From an uncultured delta proteobacterium (GTDB lineage: Bacteria > Myxococcota_A > Polyangia > Haliangiales > Haliangiaceae), in the NCBI GenBank assembly GCA_963848295.1, contig CAWKDB010000002.1:1312001-1376000 (forward strand): 64,000 bases of DNA, given 5' to 3'. Under the pieces are notes generated by a model. That model did not search any database. It saw only the letters and a list, made by a program, of their open reading frames with translations, and was not told the DNA's origin. A program made the translations under genes and the position numbers. Below are positions 40,323 through 51,035 of the stretch, piece by piece. Position 1 is the stretch's first letter, and each line of letters starts with the position of its first letter.

Positions 40323-41530
40323 CGCCGGGTCTCCATCCCGCTCGACGAGCTATCGGCGTTGCCCGGGGTCACGACGTATCTCTGTTCGGTCGAGATCACG
40401 ATGATCGACACCGCGACCGCGATGATGCCGGCGGCGATCGAGCCCTGGACCCAGGTCTTGCGATACCACGGTGGCTCGACGACGATCTTCTTCGGGATCT
40501 GGATCGGCGGCGGCGGGACCTCCTCGACCTTGCGCGTGGGTGCGAGCCCTTCGAGCAGATCGCCCGGCTGGTCGGACGCCCGCACGACGCGGGGTCCCGA
40601 TAGGCCTGGCGCCTGATCGCGCCAGGTCTGAAAGCTGAGCTTGTCGCCTGCGGCCGTGATCAACACCACGTCGCCGACCTCGAGCAGAGCGGCGAGGTGT
40701 TGGATCGCGCTGGCCTCCGCGGCGGCATCGGACGCGGCGGCGACCGCCAGCCGGAGTCGCATGCGTTTGATCGCGAGGACCTCGTCGGCGGGCGCGTCGT
40801 CGATCGCGACTTTCGCGGCCTGGGCCGCCACGACGTCGACCACCGCGCCGCGGGTCTCGCGGTCGTCACCGGTGATCTGGACGATGTGGCGACCGGTCGT
40901 GACCTGGAACGTGCCCGGTGCATCGCCGACCGCGACGCCGTCGATCCACGCTCGCCCGCTACCGGTGATCGCGAGCGACTGCTTGACGGTCGCCGCGGTG
41001 CTCGCCTTGACGTACGCGCGGATCACGTCGGGCGTGTAGCGGCCCGGATCCGGCTGGCGGCCGGGGTCGAGCCGAGCGGCCAGCGCGAGCTCGGCCGACG
41101 CCGCACCCTGACCGGCGCCGAGCTCGGCGAGCCCGCGCGCGAACGCGAGGTCGGCGTAGGGCTTCGCGGCGGCGCTCGGCGTCACGAGCAGGAGCTCGCC
41201 CTCGCCGAGCTTGCCGGCGGCGTCTGCATCGGCGAACTTGATGTCCTCGATCGCCTGGGTCGCGGTCGCCAATTGGCTGGCGGCGGAGACGAGATGAGGG
41301 CCATCCTCGTCGAGGAGCGGCCCGACGAGCGCAGCCTGCACTGTCGGGCTACCCGCCATTGTCAGATCGGGGTGGTTCGAGAGCTTCCTCGTCACGAAGC
41401 TCGCGAAGCCGGCGCCGTCGCCGCCGCCGGTCAGGTCGATCACCGCCACGGGCCGCCGATCGGCGTACGCCACCCCCGCGATCGCTGCGATGCAGACGAT
41501 CGCCCCAAGCCCCGGCAAGCGGCGCGGCAT
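40319..41530 (-). CDS. exported PEGA-domain protein with C-terminal membrane anchor
   Basis: Signal peptide; AWIDGVAVGDAP..GRHIVQI PEGA; PWYRKTWV plus TM segment, a typical myxobacterial tail. Confidence 0.72.
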   Translation of the reverse strand: MPRRLPGLGAIVCIAAIAGVAYADRRPVAVIDLTGGGDGAGFASFVTRKLSNHPDLTMAGSPTVQAALVGPLLDEDGPHLVSAASQLATATQAIEDIKFADADAAGKLGEGELLLVTPSAAAKPYADLAFARGLAELGAGQGAASAELALAARLDPGRQPDPGRYTPDVIRAYVKASTAATVKQSLAITGSGRAWIDGVAVGDAPGTFQVTTGRHIVQITGDDRETRGAVVDVVAAQAAKVAIDDAPADEVLAIKRMRLRLAVAAASDAAAEASAIQHLAALLEVGDVVLITAAGDKLSFQTWRDQAPGLSGPRVVRASDQPGDLLEGLAPTRKVEEVPPPPIQIPKKIVVEPPWYRKTWVQGSIAAGIIAVAVSIIVISTEQRYVVTPGNADSSSSGMETRR

Positions 41531-41589
41531 TCCCTTACTATATGGCACCTTGGCGGGGAGGGCCCACGGGGTGTGGCGCAGGCCACGTC

Positions 41590-43704
41590 ATGGAAGATTC
41601 CGTCCAAAAATCCCTGGAACGCTACGACATCCTCGATCGCATCGCGATCGGCGGCATGGCCGAGGTGTTTTTGGCCAAGGCCTACGGGTCGCACGGGTTC
41701 GAAAAGACCATCGCGATCAAGCGGATCCTCCCCGAGCTCGCGCGCGACCCGGAGTTCGAGGCGCGGTTCATCGCCGAGGCCAAGGTCGCGGTCAAGCTGT
41801 CCCACGCGAACGTCGTCCAGGTCCTGGATTTCGGTCGGATCGGCGAGTCGCTGTTCATCGCGATGGAGTTCGTCGACGGCCTCGACCTCGCGCTGATGCT
41901 GCGCAAGTACAAGGACGAGAACCTCCTCATCCCGCTGCCCGCGGCGTTTCACATCGCGATCGAGATCATGCGCGCGCTCGACTTCGCGCACTCGCACGGC
42001 GTCGTCCATCGCGACGTGTCGCCGTCGAACATCTTGTTGTCGCGCGCCGGCGAGGTGAAGATCGCCGACTTCGGCATCGCGGTCGCGGCGCAACCGCACA
42101 AAGGCGCGACCCCCGGCGTGCGCAAGGTGATGGGCAAGTGGCGCTACATGTCGCCCGAACAAGCGCGCGGCGACACGCTCGACACGCGCAGCGATCTGTT
42201 CTCCGCCGCGTCGGTGATGTTCGAGCTGTTCACCGGGACCAAGCTGTTCCCCGGCGACGAAGCGCCCGACATCGTCAAGAACATCGAGAACATGATGATC
42301 CCGCGCGCGGCGTCGATGCGCTCGGGGCTGCCGTCGCGGCTCGACGAGATCCTCGCCGGTCCGCTCGCGCGCAAGCCGATCGATCGGCCGAATCGGCCCG
42401 CGGTCGTGCTGCGCTCGCTGATCGAGCTGTCATACGAGTCGAGCATCATGGCGACGTCGCTCGATGTCGCCGAGGCGGTCGCGCTCGTCGTGCCGGCGAA
42501 GCGCAGCTCGGGCGGTGCGCAGCTCGACGACGTGATCCGCAAGCAGCTCGGCGAGAAACAAGAGAAGTCGTCGGTCGCGCGCCGCACCGCGGTCACCGAC
42601 GGCAAACCGCCGAGCACCGAGACGGCCGAGCGCGGCGAGGTCTCGACCGGGCTGTTTCGCAAGATCGATCTCGACGGCCTGTCGCGCCTCGAGGAGCTCG
42701 AGGTCGATCCGACCGCGGTGGCGGCGCCACGAGCGCGCCGAGCCTCGGAAGGGCCGATGCCAGCGGCGTCGTCGCCGGACTCCGGCCTGCACCAGCTGCT
42801 CGACGCGCACTTCGATAAAGACCGCCACACCGAGGTCGGCGGTCCGCCGACCGGACAAGTGCCGAAGAGCGAGCCCGAGGCGATCGCCGAGCCGTCGATC
42901 ACGAAGAGCGTGACCGCGACGCTGACCGGCACGCCGCGACGAACGGCGGCGATCGCGCTCGTCGCGCTCTCGCTCGTCGGCGGTGGCATCGCGCTGTTCG
43001 CGTTGACCCGCGGCGGTGGCGGCGCGGCGGTCGCTGCGAAGTCAGACGGCGGCGTCGTGCCGGTGCCACAGCAGTCGCTCGAGCTCGAGTCCGACCCGAG
43101 CGGCGCGACAATCGTCCTCGACGGCAAGACCGTCGGCAAGACCCCGTTGACGCTGCCGGTGGCCGCGAATACCGCCCCGCATGTCCGGCTCGAGCTCGCC
43201 GGCTACATCGCCGTGGAGGACGACTTCCACATCGTGCCCGGGCAGAGCGAGCACTGGAAGCCGAGGCTCGGCCTCGCGCCCGCGATGATCCACGTCGAGA
43301 CCGATCCGGAGGGTGCGCAAGTCACGCTCGACGGCGTGAAGCTCGGCGACACGCCGCTCGACAAGCCGGCCAACGCGAGGAAACGCGCCGAGCTCGTGAT
43401 CTCGAAGCAGGGCTACGACAGCGTCAAGCAGACCGTCGACCTCGTCGCGGGCAAGACCCTGCCGATCAAGCAGACGCTCAAGGCGATGCAGCGCTTCGGC
43501 ATCGTCAAGATCATCATCAAAGGCACCTACGGCGACGTCTTCTTCAAGGGCCAAAAACTGGGCAAGAACATGTTCGAGATGAACCCCAGGGAGTTCAGAC
43601 TACCCCTCGGCCGACAGCAGCTGAAGATCGTCCCCGAGAAAGGCTCGCCGCGGACCTTCACCGTCGACGTCACCGAGTCGCCGCAGACCGTCAAGCTTGA
43701 CTGA
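41590..43704 (+). CDS. Ser/Thr protein kinase with TM segment and PEGA domains
   Basis: GGMAEVF, AIKRI, HRDVSPSN, DFG, YMSPEQ; TM segment; ESDPSGA/ETDPEGA PEGA repeats. Confidence 0.95.
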   Translation: MEDSVQKSLERYDILDRIAIGGMAEVFLAKAYGSHGFEKTIAIKRILPELARDPEFEARFIAEAKVAVKLSHANVVQVLDFGRIGESLFIAMEFVDGLDLALMLRKYKDENLLIPLPAAFHIAIEIMRALDFAHSHGVVHRDVSPSNILLSRAGEVKIADFGIAVAAQPHKGATPGVRKVMGKWRYMSPEQARGDTLDTRSDLFSAASVMFELFTGTKLFPGDEAPDIVKNIENMMIPRAASMRSGLPSRLDEILAGPLARKPIDRPNRPAVVLRSLIELSYESSIMATSLDVAEAVALVVPAKRSSGGAQLDDVIRKQLGEKQEKSSVARRTAVTDGKPPSTETAERGEVSTGLFRKIDLDGLSRLEELEVDPTAVAAPRARRASEGPMPAASSPDSGLHQLLDAHFDKDRHTEVGGPPTGQVPKSEPEAIAEPSITKSVTATLTGTPRRTAAIALVALSLVGGGIALFALTRGGGGAAVAAKSDGGVVPVPQQSLELESDPSGATIVLDGKTVGKTPLTLPVAANTAPHVRLELAGYIAVEDDFHIVPGQSEHWKPRLGLAPAMIHVETDPEGAQVTLDGVKLGDTPLDKPANARKRAELVISKQGYDSVKQTVDLVAGKTLPIKQTLKAMQRFGIVKIIIKGTYGDVFFKGQKLGKNMFEMNPREFRLPLGRQQLKIVPEKGSPRTFTVDVTESPQTVKLD

Positions 43705-43797
43705 CCTGGGGACGGTGTTCACCTTGTCAACTCTCCGGATCGCGCACCCCGATTGATCTCGGCAGCTTACCTGGGGACGGTGTTCACTTTGTCAACT
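43704..43797. repeat. two 29-bp direct repeats separated by 36 bp
   Basis: ACCTGGGGACGGTGTTCAC[C/T]TTGTCAACT at 43704-43732 and 43769-43797 (one mismatch). Confidence 0.85.
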
Positions 43798-43840
43798 GGG
43801 TTCCCGTGGCGTGGCCGGATCCCCCTGCTACCGTAGACCG

Positions 43841-44518
43841 ATGCTGCAGCGGCTCGCGGAACGCGTTCGATGGCCCTGGCGCACCGCTTCGATCTTCGGC
43901 TTGGCCGCGATCGCAGCGTTCGCCGTGCGACCTCGTCATCATCACTGCGATCGCGCATCGCGGGTGTCCGTGGCGGTTTCGGCGCCGGCCGCGCCCGCCC
44001 CCGAGCCGACGGCGCATGCCTCCGGGCTCGTCGCCGTGTTCGAGACCAGCGAGGGCACGATCAACTGCACGCTCGATCCGGCGCACGCGCCGAACACGGT
44101 CCAGAACTTCATCCTGCTCGCGCGCGGGATGATCACCGTGCCCGGCGACCAGACCGGCCGGCCGTTCTACGACGGCCTCTCGTTCCACCGCGTGATCCCC
44201 GGTTTCATGATCCAGGGCGGCGATCCCGCCGGCTGCGGCACCGGCGGCCCCGGCTACACGATCCCGGACGAGCTCAGCCTCGATCTGCACTTCGATCGTC
44301 CCGGCGTGCTCGCGATGGCGAACGCCGGCCCGAACACCGGCGGCAGCCAGTTCTTCATCACCGAGGCCGCCGCTCCGCACCTCGACCATACCTCGACGAT
44401 CTTCGGCCAATGCGATCACCCCGAGGTCGTGCACGCGATCGCGAGCGTGCCGCGCGCATCGAACGATCGACCGCTCGAGCCCGTCACGATCCGCCACGTG
44501 CGGATCGTCGAGCGTTAG
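43841..44518 (+). CDS. cyclophilin-type peptidyl-prolyl isomerase
   Basis: FHRVIPGFMIQGGDP, LAMANAGPNTGGSQFFIT. Confidence 0.95.
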   Translation: MLQRLAERVRWPWRTASIFGLAAIAAFAVRPRHHHCDRASRVSVAVSAPAAPAPEPTAHASGLVAVFETSEGTINCTLDPAHAPNTVQNFILLARGMITVPGDQTGRPFYDGLSFHRVIPGFMIQGGDPAGCGTGGPGYTIPDELSLDLHFDRPGVLAMANAGPNTGGSQFFITEAAAPHLDHTSTIFGQCDHPEVVHAIASVPRASNDRPLEPVTIRHVRIVER

Positions 44519-44814
44519 CGTCGCTTGCGCACGACCTCGATCGTGACGTCGCCCGAGACGCGCGTGCGGCACGACAGCCGGATCTTCGTGAGGTGATAGA
44601 CATTGCCGAGGTGCTTGCGCTCCTCCTCGGTGTACGGCGTGAGGTGCTCGGCGCCTGCGAGGATCTTGACCCGGCACAGTCCGCAGGTGCCCTTGCCGAC
44701 GCACGACGTCTCGATGCCCGCCGACAGCTTCGCGCCGGCCTCGAACAGCGTCGTGCCTTCCGCGCACTCGACGACGAGCGGCTCGCCGCTGCTGGCGATC
44801 GTCACTCGCGGCAT
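44515..44814 (-). CDS. 2Fe-2S ferredoxin
   Basis: CVGKGTCGLC...RLSC. Confidence 0.9.
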   Translation of the reverse strand: MPRVTIASSGEPLVVECAEGTTLFEAGAKLSAGIETSCVGKGTCGLCRVKILAGAEHLTPYTEEERKHLGNVYHLTKIRLSCRTRVSGDVTIEVVRKRR

Positions 44815-46241
44815 AGCGTACGTAGGTGCGAGATCAGCCCGTCGAGATCGGTCGTCTCGATCAACGGGTTCATCAACGTCGAGCGCAGGTAATAGCCGTC
44901 GAGCAGCTGCGCGCCGACGATATAGAACGTTCCGTCCCTGACCACGCGCTCGCGCAGCGCGCGATTGTGAGCATCGAGCGCGGCGCCCGCGACCCCGGCG
45001 GGCCGGTGCCGGTAGCACACGATGTTCGACGCCGGCGCGATCGCGAGCTCGAAGTCAGGCGCCGCCAAGATCCTCGCCGCGAGCTCGACCGCGAGCGCGT
45101 GCTGGCGGTCGACGACCTCGCCGAACCACGCTTCGCCGTGCGAGCGCAGCGCGGTCCACATCTCGATCGCCATCATCCGCTTCGTGCACTCGAGCGTGCG
45201 CGTGCCGAGATCCCACCAGCGCTCGGACGGATGTGACGCCGCGAACAAGTACGACGCCTGCTGCGCGAACGCTTCGTACGCGTGGCTCGTCTTGCGAAAC
45301 AGCACGGCGGTGACGAGCGCCGGCATCATCAACAGCTTGTGCGCGTCCCAGACGATCGAATCGGCGCGCTCGATGCCGCGCAACTTGTGGCGTTGACTCG
45401 CCGAGACACAGACGCCGCCGCCGTGCGCCGCGTCGACGTGGAGCCACAGCTGCTCGCGCTCCGCGAGGTCGGCGAGCTCGTCGAGCGGATCGAACGAGCC
45501 GGTCGCGGTCGACCCCGCCGCCGCGACGATGCCGATCACGCGCTGGCCGCGATCGCGCGCCGCTCGCAACGCCAGCTCGACCGTCGCCGGCGTGAGCCGA
45601 TGGTGCGCGTCGACCTTCGCACCGATCGCGCCGCCATCGCCCCAGCCCATCACGCGCAGCGTGCGCGCGACCGAGTAGTGCGCCTCGTCGGAGGAGATCA
45701 CCGCGAGCGGTGGCCCGGCGTGCGCGCCCTGGCTCCAGACGTCGAAGCCGGCGCACGCTTGCCGCATCGCGAGCAGCGCGGTCAGGTTGCCGAGCGAGCC
45801 GCCCGAGGTCAAGACGCCGCCGGCGCCGGCCGCCATCCCGAGCTTGCGGCACATCCACTCGATCACCGCGAGCTCGATCGGCACCGCGGCCGGGCCCATC
45901 TCGTAGACCGCCATGCCGTTGTTGAGCAGCGCCGACACCATCTCGGCGAGCACCGCGCCGGGCAGCGGCGGCGGCACTTGATGCGCCATGCAGCGCGGGT
46001 TCGCGAGCGCGGTCGAGGCCGCCATGATGCGCGACAAATCCGCGACGAGCTCGCCGCCGGTCAGCGACTCCGCGGCCCACGCGGTGCGCGCAGCCTCGGG
46101 CTCGCACCACGGCAGGACCTGCCCTTCGCGCGCGCGCCAGCTCGCGAGCTGCGCCGCGATCGCATCGATCAAGCGATGGCCGTCGGCGCGAAACCGCTCC
46201 GGGTCGTACGCGTTCGCGATCGCGGGCGGCACGCTGGACAT
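44802..46241 (-). CDS. group II PLP-dependent amino acid decarboxylase
   Basis: TSGGSLGN, AHYSV, WLHVDAAHGG, DAHK. Confidence 0.92.
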   Translation of the reverse strand: MSSVPPAIANAYDPERFRADGHRLIDAIAAQLASWRAREGQVLPWCEPEAARTAWAAESLTGGELVADLSRIMAASTALANPRCMAHQVPPPLPGAVLAEMVSALLNNGMAVYEMGPAAVPIELAVIEWMCRKLGMAAGAGGVLTSGGSLGNLTALLAMRQACAGFDVWSQGAHAGPPLAVISSDEAHYSVARTLRVMGWGDGGAIGAKVDAHHRLTPATVELALRAARDRGQRVIGIVAAAGSTATGSFDPLDELADLAEREQLWLHVDAAHGGGVCVSASQRHKLRGIERADSIVWDAHKLLMMPALVTAVLFRKTSHAYEAFAQQASYLFAASHPSERWWDLGTRTLECTKRMMAIEMWTALRSHGEAWFGEVVDRQHALAVELAARILAAPDFELAIAPASNIVCYRHRPAGVAGAALDAHNRALRERVVRDGTFYIVGAQLLDGYYLRSTLMNPLIETTDLDGLISHLRTLCRE

Positions 46242-46278
46242 CGCGGCAAGGCTACTCGATCGGGCGCGAGCCGGCGCG

Positions 46279-46690
46279 TCAGCGCTGCGCATACAGGAAT
46301 TGGATCGCCGAGCACACGAACGTGGGCTTGCCGTCGATCAGGTAGGGGTCGAATCGCCAGGATTGGACCTTGCGGCGCGCCCGTTCGTCCCAGTTTGCCA
46401 ACGGGCTCGCGACGATCGTCGTCGGTGCCCCGACGGCTCCGTCCTCGTCGACGCAGAACTTCACGACGGTGCGGACGCGCGAGACCGAGCTGTTCAACAT
46501 GCGCGTCTTGTCGTCTTCATCCGGTATGACCTCGCGATCACCCGAGTGCGGCTCGCCGAGCGCCCGGGGGGGCGACGATCCAATGACCATCGGTTCCCAT
46601 CTGCGGGGCCGCGGGAGGCGCGGTCGAAACGGTCTCGCTCGCACACGCTGCCAGGATCATCGCCACCAGCGCCGCCGCCTTCGTCGTGCG
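46279..46690 (-). CDS. small lipoprotein with TonB-C-like domain; frameshift in G7 run 46566-46572; start uncertain
   Basis: ALVAMILAAC N-terminus; removing one base gives IVAPRALGEPH...KFCVDEDG...WRFDPYLIDGKP..VC. Confidence 0.55.
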
Positions 46691-46700
46691 CCGGGTTGTA

Positions 46701-47684
46701 TCACGCGGCGACCAGCCGGTACTCGCTCGGCGCGAGCCCGAGCGTGCGCTTGAATGCGACGAACAGCTGTGCCGCATCGGCGAAGCCGCAGCGATCGGCG
46801 ATCGCCTTGACCGGCAGGCGCGTGGTCTCGAGCAGCGAGCGCGCCTCGTCGACTCGGACCTTCTCGATCAGCTGGCGCGGGGTCATCTGGAGATGCTCGG
46901 TACAGCGCCGGTGCAGCGTGCGCACCGACATGCCGCATTGTTTCGCGAGCGCCTCGACATCGACCGGTTGGCGCAAGTGCGTACGCAGCCATGCGACCGC
47001 GCGACCGAACGGCGCGCTGCGATCGCGCTGGGCGACGAGCGCGTCCGACCACTGCGACTGAAAGCCTGGCCTCCGCGCGTGCAACACGAGCCGTGCCGCG
47101 ATCGCGTCGGCGACCTCGCGCCCGCAGTCTTCTTCGACCAACGCGAGCGCCATGTCGATGCCGGTGGTCACCCCCGCCGACGTCCACACCTCGCCGTCGC
47201 GCACGTAGATCGCCTCCGGGTCGACGACCGCAGCCGGCCGAAATGCCGCGAGCTGCGCGCACGCCGACCAGTGCGTCGCGCAGCGCTTGCCATCGAGCAG
47301 TCCCGCGGCGGCGAGCACGAACGCGCCCGAGCACACCGATGCCACGCGGCGCACGATCTTCGCGGCCTTCGCGACGAACTCGCTGAGCGAACGCTGGCCG
47401 AGCGCCGCGCGCACCCCGTCCTCGCTGCCCCCCGCCACGATGATCGTGTCGGTCTTGCGCGGCCGGATCGTTGCGATCGCCTGCGCGACGATCGGGATGC
47501 CGCACGTCGTCGCGAGCGGACCTGCTTTCGAGGCAGCGATCACGACCTCGTAGCCGATGTAGACCGAGCCGCTGCGATTCGCCCCGGCGAACACCTCGGC
47601 CGGTCCGAAGATGTCGAGGCCCTGGGCGCCGGCGAACGCGATGATCACCACGCGACGAGACACTGGCAGAAAATAACATCTCAT
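46701..47684 (-). CDS. GlxA/FtrA family AraC regulator with DJ-1/PfpI domain
   Basis: SVCSGAF, TSAGVTTGID, RRPGFQSQ, C-terminal AraC HTH; start approximate. Confidence 0.9.
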   Translation of the reverse strand: MRCYFLPVSRRVVIIAFAGAQGLDIFGPAEVFAGANRSGSVYIGYEVVIAASKAGPLATTCGIPIVAQAIATIRPRKTDTIIVAGGSEDGVRAALGQRSLSEFVAKAAKIVRRVASVCSGAFVLAAAGLLDGKRCATHWSACAQLAAFRPAAVVDPEAIYVRDGEVWTSAGVTTGIDMALALVEEDCGREVADAIAARLVLHARRPGFQSQWSDALVAQRDRSAPFGRAVAWLRTHLRQPVDVEALAKQCGMSVRTLHRRCTEHLQMTPRQLIEKVRVDEARSLLETTRLPVKAIADRCGFADAAQLFVAFKRTLGLAPSEYRLVAA

Positions 47685-47724
47685 TGGCTTTCATGCCAAC
47701 CGCGTTCACCGCTACCTTGGCGCC

Positions 47725-48402
47725 ATGACGCACCACTTCGGCATGCTGCTGTACCCCGGGCTGACCCAGCTCGACCTCACCGGCCCCTACGAGGTGCTGT
47801 CGCGCATTCCGGACACGAAGGTCCACCTCATCGCGAAGCTGCCGGGCCCGTGCGCGTCCGATGCAGGGCTCGCGATCATGCCGACCGCGACGTTCGGCGA
47901 CACGCCGCAGCTCGATCTGATCTTCGCGCCCGGGGGGGCCGGACAGACCGCGGCGATGGAAGATGCTGCGACCCTCGAGTTCTTGCGCACCGCCGGCGCG
48001 CGCGCGACGTGGGTGACGTCGGTGTGCACCGGCGCGCTGTTGCTCGGCGCCGCCGGCCTGTTGCGCGGCTACCGGGCGGCGACCCACTGGGCGTACATGG
48101 AGCTGTTGCCGTTGTTCGGCGCCGAGCCGGTGCACGAGCGCGTCGTGATCGATCGCGATCGGATCACCGCCGGCGGCGTGACCGCCGGGATCGACTTCGG
48201 ATTGCGCGTCGCGGGCGAGCTGGGCGGTCGCGACCTCGCGGAGGCGATCCAGCTCTATCTCGAGTACGACCCGGCGCCGCCGTACGGCGCGGGCCATCCG
48301 CGGGTCGCGCCGGCGAAGCTGGTCGAGGCGACGCGAGAGAACCTGCGGGCCCGGTTCAGCGAACGGCGAACGAAGATCGAGCGGCTTGTAGCGCGGCCCT
48401 AG
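47725..48402 (+). CDS. DJ-1/PfpI family protein (isonitrile hydratase-like)
   Basis: LDLTGPYEV, SVCTGA, TAGGVTAGID, LEYDPAPP. Confidence 0.9.
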   Translation: MTHHFGMLLYPGLTQLDLTGPYEVLSRIPDTKVHLIAKLPGPCASDAGLAIMPTATFGDTPQLDLIFAPGGAGQTAAMEDAATLEFLRTAGARATWVTSVCTGALLLGAAGLLRGYRAATHWAYMELLPLFGAEPVHERVVIDRDRITAGGVTAGIDFGLRVAGELGGRDLAEAIQLYLEYDPAPPYGAGHPRVAPAKLVEATRENLRARFSERRTKIERLVARP

Positions 48403-49345
48403 ACCGCCGCAGCGCGAGCACGGTCTCGACCCGCTCGGCCTTGCCCCAATCGCTCCACTCGATACCGTCGAGCTCGAACGCCGCCAGCCGGTCGGACCCG
48501 CGCTCGAGCATGTCGCGCGAGAAGCTGACGGGGAGGTATGCGCGATAGATGTAGTCGAGCGCGTCGTCTTCGTCCGGCGTGCCGATCAGCGGCACGAGCG
48601 AATCGAGGATGTCGAGCAGCTGCGGCTCGGTGGCGCGGCCGAGGCGCCACAGCGCATCGACGGTGCCGCACGTCACCATCGTGTTCCACAGCGCTCCGTG
48701 GGCGCACAGCGCGCTCGCGTCGGCGACGCTGGGCTTCTCGACGAACGCCGTCACGGTGCGAACGCACGGCACATCCACGAGCGAACCGCCGAGCTCGAGA
48801 TAGCCGAGCTCGGGATCGGGCTCGCTCGGTACCGCGCCGATCACGACGACACGATCGCGCAAGGTCGCCGCGACGCCACGCGCCGCGCGCAGCTGATCGA
48901 CGTAGCGCTCGGCCGGCGCCACGTAATGGTCGGTCGGCGTCACCGTGACGACCGCGTTCGGCGTCCACCGCTTGATCATCGCGAGCGCGACGTAGAGCGC
49001 CATTCCCGTGTCACGAGATGCGGGCTGTGCGAACACGTGATCACTGCGACCGGCGAGCTGCGCAGTCGCGAGCTCGCGATGCTTGTCCGTGATCACGGTC
49101 AGCGTCCGAGCCGCCGGGGTGAGTTGGTTCATCCGATCGAGCGTGTGCTCGAGCATCGACCGGGTGCCGAGCAGGCGACAGAACTGCTTGGGGATCCGAC
49201 GACCGAACCGGCGCTCGACGTAGTCCGCGAGGCGGCTGCCCTCGCCGCCGGCGAGCGCGATGGTCCAGTCGGCCCGCGCGTCGTCGTCACAGATCGGCGC
49301 ACTCGCGGCAGTTCGAAATGGTTGCTCGGGGATCGGCGTCGGCAT
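48356..49345 (-). CDS. sugar-phosphate nucleotidyltransferase (mannose-1-phosphate guanylyltransferase-like)
   Basis: LAGGEGSRL, PKQF, PTDH, FVEKP, WSDWG. Confidence 0.85.
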   Translation of the reverse strand: MPTPIPEQPFRTAASAPICDDDARADWTIALAGGEGSRLADYVERRFGRRIPKQFCRLLGTRSMLEHTLDRMNQLTPAARTLTVITDKHRELATAQLAGRSDHVFAQPASRDTGMALYVALAMIKRWTPNAVVTVTPTDHYVAPAERYVDQLRAARGVAATLRDRVVVIGAVPSEPDPELGYLELGGSLVDVPCVRTVTAFVEKPSVADASALCAHGALWNTMVTCGTVDALWRLGRATEPQLLDILDSLVPLIGTPDEDDALDYIYRAYLPVSFSRDMLERGSDRLAAFELDGIEWSDWGKAERVETVLALRRSRAALQAARSSFAVR

Positions 49346-49360
49346 GACTGGGCGACCTGT

Positions 49361-49428
49361 TGCGGTTTCCATGCCACGCGACAAAGCGCTGGAATTGCGC
49401 CGGAGAGCGCTCCCGCGTGCTCCCGCGT
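49361..49428 (-). promoter_or_regulatory. sigma54 promoter plus upstream tandem 10-bp repeat (candidate enhancer)
   Basis: TGGCATGGAAACCGCA at 49361-49376; GCTCCCGCGT twice at 49409-49428. Confidence 0.6.
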
Positions 49429-49478
49429 GACTCGCGCGCCCGGCCGTGCGAAGTCGCGCGCCGACCCGCCAACAGGGC

Positions 49479-50888
<1,410 letters not shown>

Positions 50889-51035
50889 GTGCGGTCGCCA
50901 CGTTACCACATGCGGTCCGCGGGCCAGACAGGCACGGTCCGTTCCACCCCGCTGCCAAGTTGGCGCCGCGACCGCGGTTACGAACCTGTCAGATCGGTCG
51001 GAACGCGGGGCACGGTCGTTGCTACCCTCGATCCC

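Noticed and set aside
43704..43797. Bona fide CRISPR array call
   Set aside because: Only two repeats, no leader and no cas genes; kept as a repeat feature and a finding.
46701..48402. Divergent GlxA-AraC/DJ-1 pair as a novel system
   Set aside because: A common, well-described arrangement.
50910..50926. TGGCCCGCGGACCGCA as a sigma54 promoter for the FHA-EBP
   Set aside because: A very GC-rich match that could be chance; a TAACGT -10-like box nearer the start is an equally good explanation.
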